Positions 11,437-20,545 of a stretch of DNA of 64,000 bases are shown piece after piece. Location: the IMG/VR virus record IMGVR_UViG_3300021490_000002, positions 17,255 through 81,254 of that record. The stretch is one strand, 5' to 3'. Source of the stretch: a virus. Below the pieces are notes generated by a model that saw only the letters and a program-made list of their open reading frames with translations, was not told the DNA's origin and did not search any database. Position numbers and translations under genes: made by a program. Position 1 is the stretch's first letter; each line of letters opens with the position of its first letter.

Positions 11437-12603
11437 ATGGCAGTACATTATGAATACAGAACTAATATAAGCCTGCCCGATTTAGTTAGAAACATAAAGG
11501 ACTTCCTTACTACTTATTCTCCTCCAGATGTTTCTACATTAATGTGGACGCTGGAGTACTCGTTAGATGCTGACCCTGGTAATTCCTTTTATACAGGCCC
11601 TATAGTATATATCTTAAGTAAGACCGTAGATGGAGGGGACAACAAGATTTATGCTAAAATTGTTTATCAGAACGATACTATTTATATTCTAGCATCTCCT
11701 GATTATGATGACACGACAGATAATACTGCTGACTTGATTTTGAAGGGTTCGCAGAAGAATGAGGCTGAAACACACAATGATGATGTAGCAGTGTATTTGG
11801 TGGATGAAACCTTAGTAACTCCTCAAGATGCTTTGGTCTGTAGAATAAAAATGAATGCTGACTTTGACCCTGCCAATGACCTTATAGCAAAAGCATGGTA
11901 TGTTAGACAGTTAGCTCCTTTACTAGATAGTCCTAATATAACTGATAGGAAAGAGACGGATATATTTTTCTGGCTATCGTTCGTTCGGGAAGAGGTTGGG
12001 GATAATCCAATTGATGTAAAAGGCTACTTTCAACATTTATCATTTGGAGTGTGTGGAGAAATTTTAACCGCAGATGTTGACCAGGGTAATGGTGTTGGCG
12101 TATATACCGCAGCAAGTTCTTTTGCGTTAGATAGTGAGTTGGATGAAGATGAGTCTCCTAGGACATATTGCGGTTGTGGCAACACTGATGATACTGCGGG
12201 CGCATGTATTTGTGTAGGTAACTGGGAAGGGAAGAAAACATGGTATTATCCAGGCACTATGTATGGATATGCTAGAGACCCCTTTGATGTACGCTTTTTT
12301 GTAAACCCTGCAAATGTCGGGTTTGACTTTACAGAACTTTGTAAATATTCCAACTATGCAGGAGTTAGGATATTGACTCCAAGTTATGTCTTTGGAAAGT
12401 ATGCAGGTCTCTGGAGGATAATTGCACGACTTCCGTTTTATTACACTGATTTGCTTGGCCTGTATGCAGGGGATATTGTTACTCATACAGATGAGAGTGG
12501 CGACACACACTCTTTCATTTTATTCCCGTTTGTACATTACAACTGTTCCATTGCTGCAGGCGCAAGACGTGGGTATGGAGTTCCTTTACCAACAGAAGAA
12601 TAA
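11437..12603 (+). CDS. Virion structural protein (putative distal tail/baseplate)
   Basis: RBS GGAGG; acidic; C-terminus (GLYAGDIVT...FILFP) resembles that of the preceding gene (GLSAQDLLK...FIVVQ). Confidence 0.55.
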   Translation: MAVHYEYRTNISLPDLVRNIKDFLTTYSPPDVSTLMWTLEYSLDADPGNSFYTGPIVYILSKTVDGGDNKIYAKIVYQNDTIYILASPDYDDTTDNTADLILKGSQKNEAETHNDDVAVYLVDETLVTPQDALVCRIKMNADFDPANDLIAKAWYVRQLAPLLDSPNITDRKETDIFFWLSFVREEVGDNPIDVKGYFQHLSFGVCGEILTADVDQGNGVGVYTAASSFALDSELDEDESPRTYCGCGNTDDTAGACICVGNWEGKKTWYYPGTMYGYARDPFDVRFFVNPANVGFDFTELCKYSNYAGVRILTPSYVFGKYAGLWRIIARLPFYYTDLLGLYAGDIVTHTDESGDTHSFILFPFVHYNCSIAAGARRGYGVPLPTEE

Positions 12604-12616
12604 TTGGACGGCGTGA

Positions 12617-15073
12617 ATGTATGGAGATTGTTACTTTTATGGATTCTCTAATTTTTATGGTGGGCCTGAGCTTGTTGGAGTTACTCGGGCCCCTGTCCAA
12701 TACATTTTACCTCCATTTGCCTGCCCAGAGTCAGGCGCTCCTAAAATACAATCACAAATATTACCTACCTACACTCCCGTAGGACAAGCTTTAGCGCCAA
12801 ATTCATCTGCCAATGAACTGGTTCGTACTTCAATAGAATTCCCTAAAGCGAAAATCCAAAAAGATTTTGTTAACATCCACGGACAAGAGCTAGATGTTAC
12901 TTTTTGTGGTTTTGGTATCTTTGGTCCTCCCTGCTTCTTCGGAGGCCACACGTATGTTTATGTAAATTTAAGACCATTTCTTTACGACAGTGAAATTTAT
13001 GATTTATACGCATACGAACAATCCATAGAAAACGTTCATGTTTATAAGGTTTTTCACGGTATTTCCGTTCTTAATTTTACTGAAGTTAAAACTAACTTTT
13101 CTGCGCCAGCAATAGAAACTTACGCAGTACTTTGTGATTCTTTTAAAAGTAGTGTTGACAACTTAATAGGAGTGACAGAGAAAAATTTTGTTGAAGTCTT
13201 ACTCACACTTCCTCAACCTAAACTGGATTTATTAGGTGGACCTGCGTGGAGGGGGCATTTATTTAAAGACCTCCCTACACCATTTCATCTTTTCTCCCCA
13301 GCTTTTTCAGATGCTATTGACATAGCTAAGGGACTGCATCCTAAGTATGCTTTTGGTTCAGAGTATAAGATTCCGACCCATATTCTTTCCTGGACGCAAC
13401 TATATACTGAATCAATGATTCTGTTTTCTACGGTTACAGGAGATATAATCCAATTAAGTTGGGATATGATTCCCCGCTCTGCTATTTACGGTGGAAATGT
13501 CCTTTACAGAAATTTTTATGGGACGCTCTACAGAGGTTTTTGGTATGACTTCGTAATGTATGTTGGTAAGGGCGTTCCTTCTACCTTATTTTTAACTGCG
13601 GACTTGACATGCGTTAGCAAACCAAATCTACCTGACATAGAGGTATTAGATTCTATTAAACACAGCCATACTGGAAACGAAGTCGCTCCTTTAATTCTTC
13701 GGGATTTATACGCAGCTACATTCCCTCAAAGAGATTTTATCGTACCTCATTTGAACTACAAAGATTATAGAGGGGTGATAGACTTTTTAGATAGTCTGAC
13801 TTTTACAGACGTGGGTGGTATTAAGCCTCCACTTTACGATATTTCTCTTGCTGGTTTGCCTAGTATTCTACTCACACCTTATTCTCCTTTAGATTCTGGA
13901 AAGAGCATATGCTATGGAACGGATTTGTTAGATACATTTATGGCTACACTGACATATCCTTTTTTGAGTGAAAACTTTAACATGGGTGCTTCTGCTTCCA
14001 GAATCATATATCCGACTCCAGAGTGGGTTGGGTTTACGGAGTATAGTTGTTTTGGTCTTGACAATCTGGACTCTATAGAACTTTCCTATAATTTAAATGC
14101 GCCGTCTCTTGTGGGGAATGACTATAGTTACCTACAGATGTTTGATGCCGATTTAAGTTGTAAAGTTTACGCTGATTTTGGGATGGATATTCTTGAAGAA
14201 TATAAAGTTTTAAATAACTTATGGAGTAGCGGTCCTATAAATGTAGTGTCAGATTGCCCTTCTTTTGAGCTTGCAGATTTTTGTTACGCTGAATTTACAT
14301 ATCGTATTGACATTATAGATTCTATTGATTCGGCAGTCCACTTAGCATCGCCCGAACACGGCCTTTATATCCATTCAATTCCATTGTTTACAACTACTTT
14401 CTGCAATCCTTCTGGATATGAGGAAGATGCGCAGGAAGCTATGATTATACATACATATGACAGCGACTTAGTTCCTGTTCCTTACGAAGCTATTGTATGT
14501 CCTCCACTGGAAGAGACTGAACTTTGCCCTGATGGTGCGCCGATATATTCGTTTGATACAGTAGAGTCATTTGAATACTTATATGAGCCGTACGGAGGGA
14601 ATCTATATGACCGTATGGCTATTCCTTTAAAAACCATAGAAGTGGAATCAAATTATTGCGCTTTTAAAGGAACTATTCCAACATTTATATTTTATATTCC
14701 AAATACAGTTGAAGGTAGGCCTGTCCATGCTTACAACATAACAAGTACGATAGAGTCATTTGAATTTCCGACAGTAACATGCTTTCAAAGTGTCTGTATT
14801 TTTAATAATATTACTGACATCCTTGACAATGTTGTTTTCTTATCCCAGCCAAAACCAAATTACTTGCGAGATTTTACAAATATTGTTAAGTTTTTCATAA
14901 CAGCAAAAACCGATATCATTGAGTATTATTGTGTAAATCCTTTTGTTGATATAATTGACTCAGTCTTATATACTGACTTTGAGCCTTTAATATGGTGGTT
15001 TGATTTTGCCTTGGAGTATGACTATGAGGATACTGGAAGGGAAGAGGTTTTATTGGGAATTCCCTTTGTATAA
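12617..15073 (+). CDS. Large acidic/aromatic Cys-rich virion protein, function unknown
   Basis: 818-aa ORF in the tail block; rich in D/E/F/Y/P. Confidence 0.5.
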   Translation: MYGDCYFYGFSNFYGGPELVGVTRAPVQYILPPFACPESGAPKIQSQILPTYTPVGQALAPNSSANELVRTSIEFPKAKIQKDFVNIHGQELDVTFCGFGIFGPPCFFGGHTYVYVNLRPFLYDSEIYDLYAYEQSIENVHVYKVFHGISVLNFTEVKTNFSAPAIETYAVLCDSFKSSVDNLIGVTEKNFVEVLLTLPQPKLDLLGGPAWRGHLFKDLPTPFHLFSPAFSDAIDIAKGLHPKYAFGSEYKIPTHILSWTQLYTESMILFSTVTGDIIQLSWDMIPRSAIYGGNVLYRNFYGTLYRGFWYDFVMYVGKGVPSTLFLTADLTCVSKPNLPDIEVLDSIKHSHTGNEVAPLILRDLYAATFPQRDFIVPHLNYKDYRGVIDFLDSLTFTDVGGIKPPLYDISLAGLPSILLTPYSPLDSGKSICYGTDLLDTFMATLTYPFLSENFNMGASASRIIYPTPEWVGFTEYSCFGLDNLDSIELSYNLNAPSLVGNDYSYLQMFDADLSCKVYADFGMDILEEYKVLNNLWSSGPINVVSDCPSFELADFCYAEFTYRIDIIDSIDSAVHLASPEHGLYIHSIPLFTTTFCNPSGYEEDAQEAMIIHTYDSDLVPVPYEAIVCPPLEETELCPDGAPIYSFDTVESFEYLYEPYGGNLYDRMAIPLKTIEVESNYCAFKGTIPTFIFYIPNTVEGRPVHAYNITSTIESFEFPTVTCFQSVCIFNNITDILDNVVFLSQPKPNYLRDFTNIVKFFITAKTDIIEYYCVNPFVDIIDSVLYTDFEPLIWWFDFALEYDYEDTGREEVLLGIPFV

Positions 15074-15098
15074 AAAATTTTAAAAAAGGAGTTGGGTT

Positions 15099-15569
15099 AT
15101 GGCTTTACTATATCCACGTCCAGTGACTGCCTGTTACGGCGTTTGGTTTACACTGGAAAACGACATAACTTTACTTAAGTATTCGGGAAGGTTTGTTGGG
15201 TATTCTATTGACACGGGCGAGCTAGTTTTAGCTAATGGTCCAAATGTTAAGGAGATAATCGGTTGGTTAGATATGCCCAACGATGCTCGTGTGTATCAGA
15301 TGGAAAATGCGTATGAATCCATGAACAATCCAGATTACACTTACAAAGCTGGGGACCAGGTATTTCTAATTAATTCTATTCAGACTCGTTTTCTTATCCC
15401 AGCGGGAAGTGTGGCTGATTTGAAAGTTGGTATGTCTTATTCCTTGACAATTGATTCTGACGGAAATCAAGTATTAGGACCACCCACACAATTACCTTCG
15501 TACGTTGTCTTGGATAAGGTTGAGGCCGATAACTATGTTATGGTACATCTACTAACAACACATTATTAA
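15099..15569 (+). CDS. Small virion protein, possible cement/decoration-like fold
   Basis: RBS AGGAG; LVLA...IIGWL and LKVGMSYSL patterns resemble DUF2190-like proteins. Confidence 0.35.
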   Translation: MALLYPRPVTACYGVWFTLENDITLLKYSGRFVGYSIDTGELVLANGPNVKEIIGWLDMPNDARVYQMENAYESMNNPDYTYKAGDQVFLINSIQTRFLIPAGSVADLKVGMSYSLTIDSDGNQVLGPPTQLPSYVVLDKVEADNYVMVHLLTTHY

Positions 15570-15586
15570 TTTAGAGGAGGTAAAGG

Positions 15587-17164
15587 ATGACTACTTTTTC
15601 TGAATGGTTCAACGTAAATTATCCAGGAGCGGGTGGTGGTAGCGGTGGTGGAAATATGAATACAGAGACTTATGACCCTGATGAGGATGGTATAGTTTCC
15701 AAGGCGGAGGCTCTCAGCGACGGAAACACTGAGGTTACTGCTTCTGAAGCTGCCGATGCAGTGTCTAAGTCTCACGAACAAAATACAGATACTGGAACAA
15801 CTGCTGAAGAGTTTTATATTGAACTTGATGGAGCTCAAATTCCAGTTAGAGCACATATTGAAAGCACTAATAATCCTCACCATGTTACTAAGTTTCAGAT
15901 AGGGTTAGGGAATGTAGAGAATATAAAAAATAATCTGAATGCTACACAACCACCCACAACAGTAGATGATGAAGGGGAAGGTTATTCTGTTGGTTCTAGG
16001 TGGATTGATGTTAATGAAAAGAAAGAATATGTTTGCTTAGATGCAACCGAAGGTGCTGCTATCTGGAAAGAGACAACATATATAGCTAGTGTCATCAATT
16101 CTTTTTTAGGCCTTTCAGATACTCCATCCACTTATAATGGAAGTGGAGGAAAGTTCTTACGTGTCTCTGATAGTGAGGATGGGATAGTTTTTGACACTGT
16201 ACCTGAAGGTAATGAAGGAGATATGCGCACAGATGTTTATGACCCCGACAAAGATGGTATAGTAACTAAAGCAGAGATTCTTAGTAATGGAAGTACTGAG
16301 GTTACTGCTTCTGAGGCTGCTGATGCGGTAGGAAAAGCACACAATCAAAATACAGATACGGGAACAACTGCTGAAGAGTTTTACATAGATACTGAAAATG
16401 CTAATATTCCTGTTAGGGCCCACATAGAGAACACCAACAATCCGCATCACGTGACAAAGAGTCAAATAGGTCTGGGTAATGTTGAAAACATAAAAAATAA
16501 CTTAAACGCTACAGTATCTCCTTCTTCCAGTAACGATAGTAGTGAGGGTTACTCTGTAGGTTCTAGGTGGGTTAATGTTGACTCAAAAAAGGAATACGTT
16601 TGTCTGGATGCGACTGAGGGTGCTGCTATCTGGAAAGAGACAACATACATAGCAGACGTTATTACCACGTTTTTAGGATTGTCTGATACTCCAGATACCT
16701 ACAGTGGAAGTGGAGGAAAGTTTGTTCAAGTTTCTGAGAATGAAGATGGCTTAGTTTTTACTGAGTCCGCTCCAAACGATATAACTGCCCTGGAGATTCT
16801 AAATAAACTAAAAACGGTTGACGGAGCTGGTAGCGGACTTGATACTGATTTTATTAGAGGCCTTCCTGGGGATTTCACTTGCAGTAAGAATCCAATTGGA
16901 TTTACTAAACTTCCAAACGGTATAATAATCCAATGGGGTAGAGTGGAAGAAGTTGAAGACGAACTTTGGGTTGTTTTTTATCCTATAGTTTTTCCAAATG
17001 ACGTGTTATTTATTACCTTATCTACTCCCGTTAGATATAATACACATATTCGTATGAAAAAAGATGAGGCTAATGTACTTGTTGAGGTGACAGATGCCTG
17101 GTTTTCTTTTAAAGGCGCACATAAAGAAGAAGCAGATTATTATTGGATAGCGTTAGGCTACTAA
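15587..17164 (+). CDS. Tail fibre protein with 189-aa internal duplication and gp53-like C-terminal domain
   Basis: NNPHHVTKxQIGLGNVEN, GYSVGSRW, LKTVDGAGSGLD and C-terminal KLPNGIIIQWG...YWIALGY fibre motifs. Confidence 0.85.
   Translation: MTTFSEWFNVNYPGAGGGSGGGNMNTETYDPDEDGIVSKAEALSDGNTEVTASEAADAVSKSHEQNTDTGTTAEEFYIELDGAQIPVRAHIESTNNPHHVTKFQIGLGNVENIKNNLNATQPPTTVDDEGEGYSVGSRWIDVNEKKEYVCLDATEGAAIWKETTYIASVINSFLGLSDTPSTYNGSGGKFLRVSDSEDGIVFDTVPEGNEGDMRTDVYDPDKDGIVTKAEILSNGSTEVTASEAADAVGKAHNQNTDTGTTAEEFYIDTENANIPVRAHIENTNNPHHVTKSQIGLGNVENIKNNLNATVSPSSSNDSSEGYSVGSRWVNVDSKKEYVCLDATEGAAIWKETTYIADVITTFLGLSDTPDTYSGSGGKFVQVSENEDGLVFTESAPNDITALEILNKLKTVDGAGSGLDTDFIRGLPGDFTCSKNPIGFTKLPNGIIIQWGRVEEVEDELWVVFYPIVFPNDVLFITLSTPVRYNTHIRMKKDEANVLVEVTDAWFSFKGAHKEEADYYWIALGY
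15656..16760 (+). repeat. Direct intragenic duplication, period 567 nt (189 aa)
   Basis: MNTETYDPDEDGIV (15656) and MRTDVYDPDKDGIV (16223) start two near-identical blocks, also recognisable at DNA level (e.g. ggtgctgctatctggaaagagacaacata occurs twice). Confidence 0.95.
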
Positions 17165-17183
17165 TTAAAAGGAGGTTATTAGC

Positions 17184-17750
17184 ATGAAATACGGTGTTTT
17201 TGATGAGAAAGGATTACCACAGGGATTTTACGATAGTAAAATTCACGGTTCTAACATTCCGACAGATGCGGTAGAAATTTCCGATAGTGTATGGTTGGAG
17301 CTTATTCAAAATCCTGGGAAAAGGGCTTATGTTGGTGGGACTATTATTGACATTTCTGCTAAGAAGTGGGACTCTTCTACAAATCAATGGGTAGATAAAA
17401 GCACAGACGAAATTTTGAATCCTTTGAAGGAAGCAAAAGCTGCTAAGCTAAAGGCAGAACTTCAGGACTTTGTATATTCGCATTATGATAACGGCACACA
17501 AGCTAGTTTCCTTTCTCTTTACCAGCTTGCAAAGGATAAAGGCAGAACCGATATAATTACTGAAATCCAAAAGGTATGGGCATGGGTGAATACCGTCATG
17601 AATTACTACTACAACAAAAAATCCAGCATCCTAAACGCAACATCAATAGATGAGTTGAATGCTATAACATGGGATTGGAGTGAAGTAGAGGAGACGGAGC
17701 ATATTGAACTATCCACAATTATGGCAATGTTTAATCAAGAACAGCAATAA
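17184..17750 (+). CDS. Tail fibre assembly chaperone (Tfa-like / DUF4376-like)
   Basis: GFYDSKIHG..IPTDAVEIS N-terminus and ILNATSIDELNAITW C-terminus; follows the fibre gene. Confidence 0.8.
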   Translation: MKYGVFDEKGLPQGFYDSKIHGSNIPTDAVEISDSVWLELIQNPGKRAYVGGTIIDISAKKWDSSTNQWVDKSTDEILNPLKEAKAAKLKAELQDFVYSHYDNGTQASFLSLYQLAKDKGRTDIITEIQKVWAWVNTVMNYYYNKKSSILNATSIDELNAITWDWSEVEETEHIELSTIMAMFNQEQQ

Positions 17751-17765
17751 TAAAGGGGGCATAAA

Positions 17766-17948
17766 ATGAAGATTTCGTTTTTTAAAGCAATTTCTTTGGT
17801 AGGTCTTTTGGCAGAGGAATTAACTGAAATCGCAGCGGACGGAAAAATAACTATCAAAGAGGCTATCGGTTTGGTAGAGAAAATTTGTGAAAAACTTGGA
17901 ATAGACTTTGATAAAGAGGGGATAGATATTATAAAAAAGGAGGGCTAA
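17766..17948 (+). CDS. Small hypothetical protein
   Basis: RBS GGGGG; 60 aa; co-oriented in the operon. Confidence 0.6.
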   Translation: MKISFFKAISLVGLLAEELTEIAADGKITIKEAIGLVEKICEKLGIDFDKEGIDIIKKEG

Positions 17949-17952
17949 CGAA

Positions 17953-18378
17953 ATGCCTTTCATTGGCGACATTATAACAAAACAACTTCCCCCAAGAATA
18001 GAGAAAAGGAAACTTTTTGGAATAATTCCTTATAAGAAAACTATTCTTGAGTGGGAAGTTTATGAGCCCTTGACATATGTGGATGAAATTTTTGAAATAA
18101 AAATTACAGTTCCGAAGGGAGCTACGACAGATTTCGCATCTACGCCTCGTATTGTCTGGCCTGTTCTTCCTCCAGTAGGACGCTACAGCGGGCCTGCTAT
18201 AGTTCATGACTATATGTATAGGCATGGACTATATAATAGAAAGATAGCTGACTTTGTATTTCTTCATGCCATGATGGACATTGGAGTTCCTACCTGGAAA
18301 CAAGTTGTAATGTTTGAGGCAGTCAGATTATTTGGGTGGAAATCATATAGAAAGTTGGAAAAACTCAGAGAGGGTTAG
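17953..18378 (+). CDS. DUF1353-family protein
   Basis: VPKGATTDFASTP, PAIVHDYMY, ADFVF, AVRLFG signature. Confidence 0.85.
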   Translation: MPFIGDIITKQLPPRIEKRKLFGIIPYKKTILEWEVYEPLTYVDEIFEIKITVPKGATTDFASTPRIVWPVLPPVGRYSGPAIVHDYMYRHGLYNRKIADFVFLHAMMDIGVPTWKQVVMFEAVRLFGWKSYRKLEKLREG

Positions 18379-18380
18379 TA

Positions 18381-19082
18381 ATGCAATTTGCATTTAATCC
18401 ATTTACAGATTCTTTAGATGCCGTTGGAGGTGGGGGAGCTGGGTTTGCATCAGGAAGCATTATATGGTGGCCAGATACACTAGCTCCTCCATCTGGATGG
18501 TTAAAATGCGATGGGTCTTTGGTCAGCAAAGAAGATTACCCTGCTTTATTTGAAGTTATTGGATATACTTTTGGACAGGATAATGGTCGAAACATACCAT
18601 TAATCGTAGAGCATTCTGACTACACATCATCTACTGGAACTGTAAGAGCATCTTCTGAGTATAGCTCAAGCTATCGTGCCTGGTATCCACTTACTACTTC
18701 CCAGCCCACCTACTGTTCTGCAACTACAAGTTCTGGAGAATGGTGGGAGTATGAATTTACAGAACCAAAATTAGTTGCCAAGTTTACTATTAATGTGAAA
18801 GCTAATTCTTTTACAATTAGATTAGAAGGCAGTAACGACGGCTCAACATATACAACGTTAATGGAAGGTGTATCCATAAATAATGGAACACATACTGTTG
18901 ACATCCCAGAAGCTGCTCAAGCTGAGTTTTTAATTTATCGGTTGACAATGACAAGTTCTGGGAATTGGTTCTGGTTTGATGACTTCCAATTTTATGACTA
19001 TATTCCTCCTGACCCTAATCTTTTTGGTCTTCCTAATATTAATACTGGAATTAGTAACATAATAGCAATAATCAGAGTTTAA
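18381..19082 (+). CDS. Tail-collar domain protein with inserted discoidin (F5/8-like) domain
   Basis: PPSGWLKCDGSLVSKEDYPALFEVIGYTFG collar motif; ASSEY, WWEYEF, LEGSNDG discoidin motifs; FGLP at the C-terminus. Confidence 0.8.
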   Translation: MQFAFNPFTDSLDAVGGGGAGFASGSIIWWPDTLAPPSGWLKCDGSLVSKEDYPALFEVIGYTFGQDNGRNIPLIVEHSDYTSSTGTVRASSEYSSSYRAWYPLTTSQPTYCSATTSSGEWWEYEFTEPKLVAKFTINVKANSFTIRLEGSNDGSTYTTLMEGVSINNGTHTVDIPEAAQAEFLIYRLTMTSSGNWFWFDDFQFYDYIPPDPNLFGLPNINTGISNIIAIIRV

Positions 19083-19096
19083 GGAGTGTTGGTCTT

Positions 19097-20179
19097 ATGG
19101 GACTCGTATATAATCCTTTTACTAATAACTTAGATTATGTAAGAGATGCTGAAAGCGGTGGGGGAGCTAATCTCTTTCCAGGCGATATAATCACTACATT
19201 AAACTGGACAGACAGAAGTCCCGATGACTTTGACATATTTGGATATACAAAGTCATTTCCCTTAAATGTGACTAACGGAGCTAACCATCCTTATGGAAAT
19301 CAAGTGCGTGTGCCATATCAACATGATGTTAGAACTGTTGATAACACATTCTGGATGTTTTCAGGTTGTAATAATGCTGGCTTGACATCTTTAGTTAGAT
19401 ACTACGACCCAAAAACAAATAGCTGGACCAGTAGGGGAAATGCTCCTATCACTATCCGCAGTGGGATTACATTATACGACTCTAACAGAGATGTTTTTTA
19501 TTATGGAATGGGATATACAAATTATAATGCTACGAATTATACGAACAGATTCTTTGTTTATAGTCCTTCAACAAATACGTGGATGGAGCTCTCTCCTTTT
19601 CCAGAAAGTGAGGATGCAACAAGGGCATGTGCAATCGTCGAAGGGAGCTACGTTTATGTGTTTGGCGGGCCGTTGCGTAAAATTTATAGGTATGATATAG
19701 ACACAGATACTTGGGAATATTTAGATGAATATACTGATGGGACTGTTCAACTCGCCACAAAAGTTTCTGATGGAAGTATTATTTGCAAAAAATTTGTTAA
19801 TGCTACGTTGCGAAAGATTATAAAGTTTAGAATTCCCGATTTTCACAACTATGAGGAGGTCTGCTCAGATACTTCTGCTCTTACCAATGGTAGTGATGTT
19901 GGAAGTGAGAAGTTTGCTGAATTCAACGGGCTTTTGGTAATGTCTTATGTGGACTATTCAGCACAATACTATGAAAACCCTCATATTATTGCTTTTGATT
20001 TATTTAATAACAAGTATCTTGGGACAATAGCTAATAAAACGTTAGCTTGTTTAAACACAGCTTATGGATTTACCTCCGATGGAACTTTAATAGCAATAGG
20101 AGGGACTACGTTTAATAACCAACACGTGTGGCTGGTAAAGGACTTTGGAAGGGTGGCAAGAATGCTTATTAAGAAATAA
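19097..20179 (+). CDS. Kelch-type beta-propeller virion protein
   Basis: YDPKTNSWT, YSPSTNTWMEL, YVFGG...YDIDTDTWE repeats. Confidence 0.75.
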   Translation: MGLVYNPFTNNLDYVRDAESGGGANLFPGDIITTLNWTDRSPDDFDIFGYTKSFPLNVTNGANHPYGNQVRVPYQHDVRTVDNTFWMFSGCNNAGLTSLVRYYDPKTNSWTSRGNAPITIRSGITLYDSNRDVFYYGMGYTNYNATNYTNRFFVYSPSTNTWMELSPFPESEDATRACAIVEGSYVYVFGGPLRKIYRYDIDTDTWEYLDEYTDGTVQLATKVSDGSIICKKFVNATLRKIIKFRIPDFHNYEEVCSDTSALTNGSDVGSEKFAEFNGLLVMSYVDYSAQYYENPHIIAFDLFNNKYLGTIANKTLACLNTAYGFTSDGTLIAIGGTTFNNQHVWLVKDFGRVARMLIKK

Positions 20180-20193
20180 TAAGGGTTTAAGCT

Positions 20194-20544
20194 ATGGGAG
20201 ATTTTTCGAGCCAATTAGTGCAGATAGTTGATGCGATTGACTCTACTATTTTGTGGTTGAGCCTAAAAATATTCCTTGCCGTTTTGTTAGGATTGTTTCT
20301 TAAAAATATGGCTCAGAGTATTTTTGCTTACTTGGACTTTCGCTCCAACAAATACGTTTGCGTTGGAAGAAAAGTCCTCGTAAACAACTTTGAAGGCGTA
20401 ATTACAAGCATTACGTTTAAATTCATAATTATAGAAAATAAAGAACAAAGCCTACTCCTTCCAACTACCAGATGGAAGGAGTACGACTGGAAATTTTTTC
20501 ATAATATTAGTCGGGAAGATTCAATAACCTTAAGTTACTTTTAA
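20194..20544 (+). CDS. Small membrane protein with MscS-like beta domain
   Basis: One TM helix followed by VGRKVLVNNFEGVITSITFKFIII...LLLP, resembling the MscS middle domain. Confidence 0.55.
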   Translation: MGDFSSQLVQIVDAIDSTILWLSLKIFLAVLLGLFLKNMAQSIFAYLDFRSNKYVCVGRKVLVNNFEGVITSITFKFIIIENKEQSLLLPTTRWKEYDWKFFHNISREDSITLSYF

Positions 20545-20545
20545 C

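Noticed and set aside
15587-20179. Diversity-generating retroelement acting on fibre genes
   Set aside because: No reverse transcriptase seen. The only repeat pair is an in-frame coding duplication whose differences are not adenine-specific.
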